Positions 18,574-28,114 of a stretch of DNA of 64,000 bases are shown here, piece by piece. Below the pieces are notes generated by a model. The model worked only from the letters and a program-made list of their open reading frames with translations. It was not told the DNA's origin and made no database searches. The translations under genes and the position numbers were made by a program. Origin of the DNA: Promethearchaeota archaeon (GTDB lineage: Archaea > Asgardarchaeota > Lokiarchaeia > Sigyniarchaeales > SOKP01); NCBI GenBank assembly GCA_016839555.1, contig JAEOUA010000006.1, positions 384,001 to 448,000 on the forward strand. Direction: 5' to 3'. Within the stretch, counting starts at the first letter, position 1, and every line of letters begins with the position of its first letter.

Positions 18574-20370
18574 ATGGTAAAAGTGAATGGGGCACAATTG
18601 ATTGTACGCGCCTTAAATAATCAAGGGGTTGAAGTGATCTGGACTTTATGCGGAGATAATGATATGATATATAATTATTGTCATGATAAAGAATGTACGG
18701 AAACAGGTATCGATTTAATCGATTTTCGCCATGAGCAAGCAACCGGTCATGCTGCAATGGGCTATTATCTAGCTACAGGAAAGGTTGGTGTCTGTTCTGT
18801 TCAGTCAGGTCCCGGGATTACAGATCTATTTCCCTCCATTCCAATTGCTTGGGATGCAAGTATCCCTGTAGTTGCGTTATGTACAGCTACTCCATTAATG
18901 GAGTTTGAAAAGCTTGCCTCCAATGAAATAGATGTAGTGCCTGCTTTTCGCCCTGTGACAAAATGGGCGGGATATTGTTATGAAACCGCACGATTACCTG
19001 AATACATCAATATGGCTTTTCGAATTGCATCTACGGGTCGTCCTGGACCAGTACTCTTATTAGTCCCGGTTGATGTTTTGGTTAAAGAATGTGATGATGA
19101 GCTTGAGATTGTCAAACAAGCTTTTAAGCCAGTAGAAACACTTCGAGCTTTTGAAGGGCCTTATGGAAACGAAAAACAAGTTAAAAAAGCACTTGATTTA
19201 TTATTGGAGGCTAAACGTCCACTAATATTCGCAGGTACGGGAGTTAATTTTTCGGGAGCTGCTGAAGAACTTCTAAAGTTTGCTGAAATGACACAGATCC
19301 CCGTAGGAATGTGGGGTTTTGGTCTTGGATGTTTTCCTCCGGATCATCCTTTGTATTTCGGTTTAGCAAGTCCATTAGATGGTCCTGGGACAACATTACT
19401 TAGTACAGTGGACGTCGTTTTAATATTAGGATCAAGAATTACTGGAATGATGAATTTTGGTTATATGCCGTGTTTTAATGATGATGCTAAACTTATCCAG
19501 GTTGATATTAAAGCAGAAGAGATAGGTAGAAATCGTGCTATTAATGTACCTATAGTAGGCGATATTAAAGGTGTTCTTACTCAATTAAATAGATTTGCCG
19601 CAGAAAAATTAGAAAATTTCTCGATAAACCATAATTCTTGGATTAAAGAAGTGCAAGAACAACTTAATAAATTTTATGAACGTGTGGAGAAAGAAGGGTC
19701 CTCTGATAAGATACCAATTCAGCCTCAACGCTTAGTAAAGGAGATCGGTGAGTTTATGCCTGAGGATAGTTATATTATTTTAGATGGTGGGGATACTACA
19801 GTGTGGGGATTGACTGCTTTAAAATCGTTTTTCCCGAAGTCTATTTACTTTTCAGGTGCCCTAGGAATTCAACATCTGGGGGGGGGAGTACCTTGTGCGA
19901 TTGCTACAAAATATGCTCATCCTAACAAGAAAATACTTGTTCTTACGGGTGATGGTTCGTTTTTATTAAATGGAAAAGAGCTAGATACCGCTAGAAGACA
20001 TGATTTACCTTTTGTTGTGGTGATTAATAATGACCGCTTATGGGGAATGGTTGCTAGAGGGCAAAAAATTGCGCACGGAAGAAAAGCTTTCGGATTGGCA
20101 TCAAGTCTTAGTGATGAAACTAGATATGATAAATATGCTGAAGCCTTTAATTGTTATGGGGAATTAGTCACTGATCCAAATGAAATTAAGGCAGCATTAC
20201 AGAGAGCTTTCAATTCTGGCGTCCCTGCTGTAATAGATGTACGGGTCAATCCAAAAGTGAATACTGTAATGGATTATTTAGCAAAAGAAACTTACAACCC
20301 AGCAACATGGAAGCGAGAGGTGAAAGAAAAAGAAGAAGCAGAGGAAATAATTTTAGAAGTTAAAGATTAA
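18574..20370 (+). CDS. Thiamine-diphosphate enzyme (acetolactate synthase-like / 2-hydroxyacyl-CoA lyase-like)
   Basis: FRHEQATGHAA, GRPGPVLL.VPVD, GDGSF...NND TPP-binding motif. Confidence 0.9.
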   Translation: MVKVNGAQLIVRALNNQGVEVIWTLCGDNDMIYNYCHDKECTETGIDLIDFRHEQATGHAAMGYYLATGKVGVCSVQSGPGITDLFPSIPIAWDASIPVVALCTATPLMEFEKLASNEIDVVPAFRPVTKWAGYCYETARLPEYINMAFRIASTGRPGPVLLLVPVDVLVKECDDELEIVKQAFKPVETLRAFEGPYGNEKQVKKALDLLLEAKRPLIFAGTGVNFSGAAEELLKFAEMTQIPVGMWGFGLGCFPPDHPLYFGLASPLDGPGTTLLSTVDVVLILGSRITGMMNFGYMPCFNDDAKLIQVDIKAEEIGRNRAINVPIVGDIKGVLTQLNRFAAEKLENFSINHNSWIKEVQEQLNKFYERVEKEGSSDKIPIQPQRLVKEIGEFMPEDSYIILDGGDTTVWGLTALKSFFPKSIYFSGALGIQHLGGGVPCAIATKYAHPNKKILVLTGDGSFLLNGKELDTARRHDLPFVVVINNDRLWGMVARGQKIAHGRKAFGLASSLSDETRYDKYAEAFNCYGELVTDPNEIKAALQRAFNSGVPAVIDVRVNPKVNTVMDYLAKETYNPATWKREVKEKEEAEEIILEVKD

Positions 20371-20548
20371 GTAGATTTTAACCAATACTCAAATTATTTT
20401 TTCATAATTATTTTATTTTTTTTTAATCATTTTTTACTTGATTAAAATTTCTAAATTTAAGAATACATCAATTTTAATACATCAAAAGTGAATTATTTTG
20501 CCAGAGATTTATAAATCCTAATCGCTCCAAATTACAATATAAAAGAAA

Positions 20549-21253
20549 TTATGGGTATGACGAGTTGATCTTACTTTCATTCTTTTTATTTAAGTCATCG
20601 CAGTCTAATCTTCGATATCCTGGTTTCATTAATTGCAGATCATAAATTCTTTGTAAAAATGACACGATTATATGGGAAGTAGCTCCGAATATGGTGTATT
20701 TTTTATCATTTGAGGGACGATAGACATATTTTCCAACTGCAATCTTATTTTCACCCAAATGATATTGTCTTTCTTTATAGTTTCTTTTATTGGCGAAAAA
20801 AGTAATGGGTATTTTGACAATTTCCCTGACTTCACTCTCTTGTTTTATCATTGGTTGGTCATAATTAATATATGCTATAATTGGGGTTATGATAAAGAAT
20901 TTAGGAGTAATATGGTCATTAAGGGCACCCAATATTTTTATTTTTTCTCTGGGAATTCCTAATTCCTCTTCTGTTTCTCTTAAGGCAGTATCTAAATAAT
21001 CATTATCTTTTTCTTTTTCAAATTTTCCTCCCGGAAAGGACATTTCACCGGAATGTTTGTCTTCTTTTCTATGGGTTCTTTTTATTAATACTAAATAGTA
21101 GGGTTTAGTTTTATTTTTATGTGGAAGAATAAGAAATGAGACCGCCCCATGTGTAAAAGCTTTATCTTGAAAACATAATCGGGAGGATGAATTTAGTTTT
21201 AATGCCTTCTTTAAAATTAAATCTCTATTAAAACAAAAATCTTTTAAGTCCAT
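20549..21253 (-). CDS. CoA pyrophosphatase-type Nudix hydrolase
   Basis: KRT....KHSGEMSFPGG...TALRETEEELG; IFGATS. Confidence 0.9.
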   Translation of the reverse strand: MDLKDFCFNRDLILKKALKLNSSSRLCFQDKAFTHGAVSFLILPHKNKTKPYYLVLIKRTHRKEDKHSGEMSFPGGKFEKEKDNDYLDTALRETEEELGIPREKIKILGALNDHITPKFFIITPIIAYINYDQPMIKQESEVREIVKIPITFFANKRNYKERQYHLGENKIAVGKYVYRPSNDKKYTIFGATSHIIVSFLQRIYDLQLMKPGYRRLDCDDLNKKNESKINSSYP

Positions 21254-21966
21254 TAGTCTAAGTTTTGTGTGATTTTATTTTTATGTTTTAGATATTCTTT
21301 AAGTGAAAGTATTTTGTTAAGGGTGAACCGTTTAAGCCCTGATTTGGATAATTGATATCCATATACTCTTTCGATAAACGTGGCAATCATAAACGCGGTT
21401 GCTCCCCATATAAGATAATTTTTATTTGTTTCTTTATCAGAATAATTAAAATAAAAGATGGGAAATCGTTTTTCTTCTATTAGGAATGCTTGCTCCTTAA
21501 AGTTTTTTGTATTGGTGAAAAATTCAATTGGAATTTTAACAATTTCTTTTACTTCTTTATCATCTTTAACTAATTTATTATTTGAATCAATTTTTCCCAC
21601 TATAGGTGTTATTATGTATTTAGTCATTGTTGGAAAATCATTCAAGCACCCAAGAATTTCAATCTTTTCTCTTGAAACTCCTATTTCTTCCTCAGCTTCT
21701 CTTAAGGCGGTGTCTATTAAAGTGATATCTTTGCTAGGCTCAAATTTTCCTCCTGGAAAGGACATTTCACCTCTATGATTTCTGCCTTTATTTGTTCGCT
21801 GAATTAAAATCAAATCATATGATTTATTTTCGTAGGGGATAATCGAAAAAAGCACAGCTGAAGTTACAAAAAAGTTATCATTTAATCTAATTCTTAGAGG
21901 ATCATCAAAAGCATATAATTTAGCTCGAATTAGATCCTCATTATATATAAAATTCATAAAAGGCAA
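21253..21966 (-). CDS. CoA pyrophosphatase-type Nudix hydrolase (tandem paralogue)
   Basis: QRT...NHRGEMSFPGG...TALREAEEEIG; IWGATA. Confidence 0.9.
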   Translation of the reverse strand: MPFMNFIYNEDLIRAKLYAFDDPLRIRLNDNFFVTSAVLFSIIPYENKSYDLILIQRTNKGRNHRGEMSFPGGKFEPSKDITLIDTALREAEEEIGVSREKIEILGCLNDFPTMTKYIITPIVGKIDSNNKLVKDDKEVKEIVKIPIEFFTNTKNFKEQAFLIEEKRFPIFYFNYSDKETNKNYLIWGATAFMIATFIERVYGYQLSKSGLKRFTLNKILSLKEYLKHKNKITQNLD

Positions 21967-22053
21967 ATTTGCAAAAAATTTTAAGATTATCCTTAATTAT
22001 TAATAATCAAAATATTTAATTTTTTAAATTTTTTAGCAGATGATGAATGAAGC

Positions 22054-22350
22054 ATGAAATTACCGAAGGAGATTCAAGAGAAGCAATATCTTAAGACGGC
22101 GGGAGGTATGAAAAGAACTTGTTCGGTAAAAGGATGTAATAATGAAGCCGTTAGAAGTCTTTCAGAAGAAACATGGGAAGGATATTTAAGATTGGCGGAT
22201 TTAGATTATGTTGAGAATCGCAATAAAAAGATTTTTTTATGTAAAAAGCATTATAATGAAGCTAAAAAAGTAAAGAAAGAAGAAGATAAATATAATTTGA
22301 AAAAGGGTTTTCTCCAAGATTCTCGGTATTCAGGGAGGGAGCCTCTTTAA
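22054..22350 (+). CDS. Small zinc-binding hypothetical protein
   Basis: CSVKGC...AVRSLS...LCKKHY. Confidence 0.75.
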   Translation: MKLPKEIQEKQYLKTAGGMKRTCSVKGCNNEAVRSLSEETWEGYLRLADLDYVENRNKKIFLCKKHYNEAKKVKKEEDKYNLKKGFLQDSRYSGREPL

Positions 22351-22351
22351 G

Positions 22352-22519
22352 TCAGAAGTTTATTGAACTAACTATATCTTCAAAAGGGATAAAGGATGTT
22401 TCTGCTATCATTTGAGCATAAAATCCATTTATCAAATTATATTGAGCTAATATTAGCCCATACGTGAAAAATATAAGCGCAAGAAGTAATATAATGATAC
22501 TTATAATTTTTTTTCTCAT
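22352..22519 (-). CDS. Small single-pass membrane or secreted protein (55 aa)
   Basis: Hand translation MRKKIISIIILLLALIFFTYGLILAQYNLINGFYAQMIAETSFIPFEDIVSSINF; fills the gap between genes and is below the ORF-track cut-off. Confidence 0.55.
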   Translation of the reverse strand: MRKKIISIIILLLALIFFTYGLILAQYNLINGFYAQMIAETSFIPFEDIVSSINF

Positions 22520-22608
22520 ATCTGATTGTGAAATAATTTATAAAAATAGATAAATATTTGGAAATAAATGACCCAATCATTAAAAATTTAGAAAGAAGAA
22601 ATTAAAAA

Positions 22609-23490
22609 TTAGCCTTCAATTAATTTCTCTACCGTTTTTATCTTTGCTTCTACTTTTTTGAGTTTATATTGTAATTCATTATCGGTGTCTTTATAGTCTT
22701 CTTCATCAATTTCTTTTGAAGAGTATCTTCCTTTATTGAGCCTGATTTCTCCAATTAAATCATTTTTCTCTAAAATTAAGTCTTGAAGCCATAATCCTAG
22801 CCCACCTTTTAATTCTTCACGCTCTTCTTCTAAGTCTTGCTTTTCGCCTTTATATCTGTCTTTTAATTTATTAAATATATTTTCGTCCACTTTTTTTAAT
22901 CGATATTCTCTGGTGAGATTTTTAAGCTGATAAATTTTAGCATCAATTTTATTACTTAAATCTTGTATTATGAATACATCATCCATTTTTTTCGTTAATT
23001 CATTTTCTCTTTCTTTTAATTCTTTTATGAGGGTTTTAACAGCTTTTAGTTTGATATTGACATTCTGTTTATAGTCAAAATCGGTCTCATATCTATCATC
23101 CTTCATCATATTTGAGACTTCATCTAATTTTTCAAGCAATTTTTCTTTCTCAAATTGTAGGTCGGAATATTCAGCATACAATTCGACTTGATATTTTACC
23201 TCTTCTGGCAGTGGTTTAATCTCCTTTTCCTTTTCTTTTTCCTTTTTCTTCTTTTCTTCTTCCTTTTCTGCTTCTTCTTTCTCTTCCTCTTTTATTTTCT
23301 TATCTTTCTTTTTTGTGATTGTTTTACTTATAATTTTTGCCTCTTTAATATCATCTTGAACCTTGCTTTCTGCTTCTTTATTTGCTTTTGTTGGCAAGTC
23401 TGAAAGTAAAGGCTTGCCACAAATTATGCAGTATTTATCCTTTGGGCGAATAGGATTGCCACAATAAGGGCAAAACTGCCTCTCTGACAT
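22609..23490 (-). CDS. Zinc-ribbon plus long coiled-coil protein
   Basis: CPYCG...CIICG, K/E-rich linker, repeated helical segments. Confidence 0.8.
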   Translation of the reverse strand: MSERQFCPYCGNPIRPKDKYCIICGKPLLSDLPTKANKEAESKVQDDIKEAKIISKTITKKKDKKIKEEEKEEAEKEEEKKKKEKEKEKEIKPLPEEVKYQVELYAEYSDLQFEKEKLLEKLDEVSNMMKDDRYETDFDYKQNVNIKLKAVKTLIKELKERENELTKKMDDVFIIQDLSNKIDAKIYQLKNLTREYRLKKVDENIFNKLKDRYKGEKQDLEEEREELKGGLGLWLQDLILEKNDLIGEIRLNKGRYSSKEIDEEDYKDTDNELQYKLKKVEAKIKTVEKLIEG

Positions 23491-23762
23491 CGTAAGATTA
23501 CCTTTAATTATTTTTTTGTTTTATTGATTGTATTATTAAAAGAATTAAAATTATTATAAATAAATCTGATGGAGTTCAATATTTAATATTTAAATGAATA
23601 ATTAAAGAAATTGACTTTGATTAATAATCTATTTAATTTAGTTTTATAGCATTTTCAGATTATGATATATGATAATAATAAAGATTAGAGAGATAGAGTT
23701 AATAAGATTATTTTGGATTAAAAGACTTTAGAAATGTAGAATTAGGTAAATTTTATATAAAG

Positions 23763-25181
23763 ATGAATATAGAAGATAAAATTCCTATTAATATGGGCCT
23801 GCTTGGGCATATTGATTCTGGAAAGACTGAAATCGCAAAATGTTTGTCAGAAATAATTTCTACTGCAGGGATCGATGCCCATCCGCAAAGTAAGGAAAGA
23901 GGGATCACAATAGATTTGGGATTTACCAGCTTCATGTTAAATAATTATTTAGTAACCTTAGTTGATGCTCCAGGACACGCAGACTTGATAAAAATTAGCG
24001 CCTCTTCATTAGAAATCATAGATTTAGCCTTAATGGTCATTGATATTAATAAAGGGCCACAAATCCAAACTGGAGAACATTTAATTATGATTGACTCGTT
24101 AGGTATTACAGATATTGTGGTTCTTTTAAATAAAACCGATTTATTTGAGGGGAATATCAAAGATCAAATCAAAAAGACAAGAAAATTTTTCGCAACAACA
24201 TCATTTGGCTCAAATGTTCCAATCTATCCAGTATCCGCAAAAGAAGGAACGGGTTTTGAAGAATTAAAAAAAGGGTTACTTGAAATTATAAAGGATTTAA
24301 CTATCAAGAGGGATTATAAAGGAGATATAATAATTCCCATAGATCATCATTTTATAATTAAAGGGAGAGGCGCGGTGATAACGGGGACTTTAGTGTCTGG
24401 AAAGTTATCAATAAACCAGCAATTAACAATCCTTCCTATTAACTCTACTACTCGGGTTAAAAATATCCAAATATTTCATCAAAATGTTGAGTCCGCACGT
24501 GCGGGACATAGAGTGGGCATAAATTTAAAAAATATTGAGATCAAAAATATATTTCGCGGATGCTATGCGACTGATAATGTTAATGCTTTTGATATAAGTA
24601 GAATATTCGAAATTGTGGGTGAGAAAACTGATCTTTTTAAGCATGAAACGAAGTTTGGCACCCAATTGCATGTTACAATTGGAATGGACACCACTATTGG
24701 AAAAATATACCCCTTTAAAGAATTAGATGGAAAAAAACTTAAATCCTCAATTAAAGCTCATGAGAATGGATTTAAAGCCATTTTAATTTTAAATGAAAGA
24801 ACTTTGATTAGAAAAGGGCGAAATATTATGCTCTTAAGCAGATTAGATTTGCCCCCTAACACATTACGTATATTAGGATCCGCGAAACTCACAAGGACTT
24901 ATGATGCACCTCCATTATTCTATAAATATAAAATTAAAAAGGGTAAAATTGATAATCTCGATCATCCTCAAGGAATTATCTGTACAGGGTTGGCTCAGAG
25001 TATTGAAGGAGCAAGAAAAATAGTTGGCAGAGAATTAGAATCCCCCTTTTCTCAAGTTATTGATACATTTGGAACTAAAGGAGCAGTTATTATAGGAATT
25101 GAGGATAAAACTCTCAATATACAAAGAAATGAGCAAGTAGTTCTCAAAGAACTCAGGAGTTTTCGATTAAAATTCCATTAA
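23763..25181 (+). CDS. selB: Selenocysteine-specific elongation factor SelB/EFSec
   Basis: GHIDSGKT, DAHPQSKERGITIDLGF, VDAPGHADLI, DHHF.IKGRG.VITGT, RLDLPP.TLRI.G; archaeal/eukaryal-type domain IV (GLAQS, TFGTKG). Confidence 0.95.
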   Translation: MNIEDKIPINMGLLGHIDSGKTEIAKCLSEIISTAGIDAHPQSKERGITIDLGFTSFMLNNYLVTLVDAPGHADLIKISASSLEIIDLALMVIDINKGPQIQTGEHLIMIDSLGITDIVVLLNKTDLFEGNIKDQIKKTRKFFATTSFGSNVPIYPVSAKEGTGFEELKKGLLEIIKDLTIKRDYKGDIIIPIDHHFIIKGRGAVITGTLVSGKLSINQQLTILPINSTTRVKNIQIFHQNVESARAGHRVGINLKNIEIKNIFRGCYATDNVNAFDISRIFEIVGEKTDLFKHETKFGTQLHVTIGMDTTIGKIYPFKELDGKKLKSSIKAHENGFKAILILNERTLIRKGRNIMLLSRLDLPPNTLRILGSAKLTRTYDAPPLFYKYKIKKGKIDNLDHPQGIICTGLAQSIEGARKIVGRELESPFSQVIDTFGTKGAVIIGIEDKTLNIQRNEQVVLKELRSFRLKFH

Positions 25182-25244
25182 ATAATATTTAAATTTTTAT
25201 TAAGATATTATATTAATAAGTAAGTTTAATATGGTAAGCTGAAT

Positions 25245-25670
25245 ATGGCAAGTTCACATTTTTCAGAACTAAATAATATAGATAAAGAAGTCCTTTCCGA
25301 ATTAATGCGGAATTTAGAGTGGTTAGAAAGTTCCACTGATTTAGAGGGTACTGCTATTATCTCAAAGACAGGCTTGCGAATTGCTAGTTCTGAAACGGCT
25401 GATCTAACAGCAGACATCTATAGTGCCAGTCCCGCTACATTAATTTCATTGGGGGAGAAAATAAGTAGTGGATTAGAACAAGGTGAGCTGCGAGATATTG
25501 TTATTCGAGGAGAGGATGGCTATACTATTATAGTAGTTGGCTCGAAAGAGAATAATTTCATGCTCTTTACAAATTGTAAAAAAGCCTATAAGCTTGGGTA
25601 CTATTTCCATAAGATTCGTAAAGCTTTCAAATCTATGGAATCGCTGCTTAACAAAATAGAAGCTGAATAA
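25245..25670 (+). CDS. Roadblock/LC7-domain protein
   Basis: LEGTAIISKTGLRIAS...SA..ATLISLGEKISSGLEQGELRDIVIRGEDGY. Confidence 0.9.
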   Translation: MASSHFSELNNIDKEVLSELMRNLEWLESSTDLEGTAIISKTGLRIASSETADLTADIYSASPATLISLGEKISSGLEQGELRDIVIRGEDGYTIIVVGSKENNFMLFTNCKKAYKLGYYFHKIRKAFKSMESLLNKIEAE

Positions 25671-25713
25671 TCTAATTTTATTTTAAATAAGAAATTAAGT
25701 TGTTATTTTTAAT

Positions 25714-26157
25714 TTAGACATGTTTCCAAATAATAAAATCATTATTTTTTAAATTGTAAAAATTACACGCAAAACTCGGCGAAAAACCATTTACTTTATA
25801 AATCCATCCTTCTCCAATGCCATTAATACCTTTTACATAAATTTGCGGTCCATAAAATGCTATATCTACAACACAACGACTAATTAAAGCATGATACACA
25901 GTAGTTAGGCCATTTGTAAGAGTAATATTTTGATGGATTTCATTTGTTTTTAATCCCGAATAATCAATAATTAAGGTAATATTATACACTTCAGGAACTC
26001 TGACACCATAAAAATATGGAATGGAATTAGTACTTGAATCCTCAGATTTAGGAGGATCGAGATAGGGAAGAATGTAATAATTAAAATAAATTAAGGAGCC
26101 AAAACTAACGATTCCTATTATTGCAATAACTATATATTTAATGTATTTTTTTTCCAT
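25714..26157 (-). CDS. Membrane-anchored DUF4430 (transcobalamin C-terminal-like) protein
   Basis: N-terminal TM; TVYHAL...YVKGINGI..GWIYKVNG...Y.LKNND.I.W. Confidence 0.75.
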   Translation of the reverse strand: MEKKYIKYIVIAIIGIVSFGSLIYFNYYILPYLDPPKSEDSSTNSIPYFYGVRVPEVYNITLIIDYSGLKTNEIHQNITLTNGLTTVYHALISRCVVDIAFYGPQIYVKGINGIGEGWIYKVNGFSPSFACNFYNLKNNDFIIWKHV

Positions 26158-26181
26158 TGTTTAAAAATAAAATAAAGTGGA

Positions 26182-27069
26182 TTATAAATTATATTGTTCA
26201 AATAAAATTAAAAGCACTATTAGTACTTGAGTATCATCGAGTTCATAATTAGTTTTTAAGAAATCGTATATAATTTTTAATGATGTTAATATCTCAATGG
26301 TATTAACGTTTGGTTTTAGTGTGTAATCACCACGGAGCATTTCGAGATAATATGTTCCAAAGGCATTTATCTTTGCATAGATTAAAATCCCAGTTATTCT
26401 ACTATAAATGAGTTCTGTTGACTGAATTCCAGTTTGTTTAATATTAAATTGAATAAATTGAAAATCTTCCTGAATATTTAATATATAATTATTTTCAGTC
26501 GCAGTCTCGATTGCTAATTGCTTTACATATTTCAGATTTTTAGGAATTAAAATCCCAGAATCAAATACATAATGTCCTAAATACATATTATAATAAATTT
26601 CGCCATTTGAACAATTATTACGAGTTAGATTCACTGAGCCTCTCGGTTTAGTAATGATTATGTCCATATAAGGCATATTTGTATTTGGAAATTTATTATA
26701 AAATCCCCAAGTGTCATTTACATGCCGGTCATAAAAGCCAGTAAAATTAACCTTAACTTTTCCTCCTGGACCTGTTGCCCACTGTTGCCAAACATCTTGC
26801 CAATTGTCTGTTGAATTCTTATCAAAGTTATACCAAGGATAAGTAACACCAAATCCTATAACATTATAAATATATTCAGTACTCATATTTATTTTACTTG
26901 AATACTCATCTGGAATACTAGATTGTGTATGTGGGTTAGGAGAATTTTTTACGGCGGTAAATGCATTGAAATCAACATTTTGACTATTTGGTTGGATTTT
27001 AAGAAATGCCAATGGAAAAAAAATTCCTATAAGTAAGATAGTTGCAATTATGATAATCTTATTTTTCAT
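26182..27069 (-). CDS. Secreted/surface hypothetical protein
   Basis: N-terminal signal/TM; N-, Y- and W-rich with several NxS/T sequons. Confidence 0.7.
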   Translation of the reverse strand: MKNKIIIIATILLIGIFFPLAFLKIQPNSQNVDFNAFTAVKNSPNPHTQSSIPDEYSSKINMSTEYIYNVIGFGVTYPWYNFDKNSTDNWQDVWQQWATGPGGKVKVNFTGFYDRHVNDTWGFYNKFPNTNMPYMDIIITKPRGSVNLTRNNCSNGEIYYNMYLGHYVFDSGILIPKNLKYVKQLAIETATENNYILNIQEDFQFIQFNIKQTGIQSTELIYSRITGILIYAKINAFGTYYLEMLRGDYTLKPNVNTIEILTSLKIIYDFLKTNYELDDTQVLIVLLILFEQYNL

Positions 27070-27112
27070 TTTTTCATATCTATTTTTATTTTTAGATTAA
27101 CTTAATATATAA

Positions 27113-27218
27113 TAGGTTAACTTTCCTATAAAAATTTTTCCTTTTTGATTGATTATCTAAGGTTCATGGTTTAATATCATATAAATTGTAAAAATTTATT
27201 AGTAGGATAAATTACCTA
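27113..27218. promoter_or_regulatory. Two TAGG-N8-CCTA palindromes (27113-27128, 27203-27218) beside the TATA boxes of divergent promoters
   Basis: TAGGttaactttCCTA and TAGGataaattaCCTA, each just upstream of a TATA-like box on its own strand. Confidence 0.5.
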
Positions 27219-27256
27219 TAGTTTATAAGAAAGAAAAAATTAGTAAACATGAATAA

Positions 27257-27979
27257 ATGATGAATAAAAAACCAAATATGAATGATAATAAAATTATTAA
27301 AACATTCAAGGATAATGAATCTAGCTATACTGAAACGGAAATAAATTCTGATAATGAAATTCTCTTAAAAAAACAATCAGAGTTAAAAGGTAAGGAAGAA
27401 AATTATATTCAATCTGTGTGGTTACAAAAATTTTCATTCAGAATCGCCCTTATTAGTATGTTTAGTGCGCTTGCAGTAGTTTTAGGGTATACTTTAGCTC
27501 CTATCCCTAATGTAGAACTCTTTACCTTAATGATATTCCTTGGAGGCTTCATAATGGGCTATAAAGAAGGAGTAATAATAGGGCTTTTAAGTTCTTTTAT
27601 ATTTGTATTTTTTAATCCTTATGGAATATCACCTTTACCCCTTTTAACATATCAAATTATACATTATGGATTAGTAGGATTAGCGGGAGCCTTAACCTAC
27701 AAATTTCTGAAAGGGAAAGATTTTTTTAAACCAAAAGATGATTTATATGTATTTAAAATTATACTTTTATTCGGATTTATTGGGGCAATTATCACAGTTA
27801 CTTACGATTTAATTACAACACTTATTGGCGCAATTATGATATATAGTACTTTTGATGCTTTCGTACCTTATTTTCTTTCAGGTGTATTTTTCACTACTGT
27901 TCATGAGATCGGGAACACGCTCGGTTTTGTTTTTATCTTACCTGGATTAATCCAACTGTTATATAAAATCTTGTATTAG
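27257..27979 (+). CDS. ECF transporter S component (probably cobalamin)
   Basis: IALISMFSALAVV...PIPNVEL.TL..F..G...G...G.IIG...NPYG; HEIGNT; divergent from the DUF4430 gene. Confidence 0.8.
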   Translation: MMNKKPNMNDNKIIKTFKDNESSYTETEINSDNEILLKKQSELKGKEENYIQSVWLQKFSFRIALISMFSALAVVLGYTLAPIPNVELFTLMIFLGGFIMGYKEGVIIGLLSSFIFVFFNPYGISPLPLLTYQIIHYGLVGLAGALTYKFLKGKDFFKPKDDLYVFKIILLFGFIGAIITVTYDLITTLIGAIMIYSTFDAFVPYFLSGVFFTTVHEIGNTLGFVFILPGLIQLLYKILY

Positions 27980-28114
27980 GAGTTTATTTTAAAAAAATTA
28001 GTATTAAAGATATAGATTTATATCTGTTGTTAAGATCCTTTTTTATTAAATTATTCAATCTGATTAGATTTTATAAACAAATAGAATTAGGAATGAGCTA
28101 AAATTCCGATTAAA

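Noticed and set aside
23220-23320. Low-complexity TTC/TTTTC repeats
   Set aside because: They encode the K/E-rich linker of the 22609-23490 protein and are not an independent repeat element.
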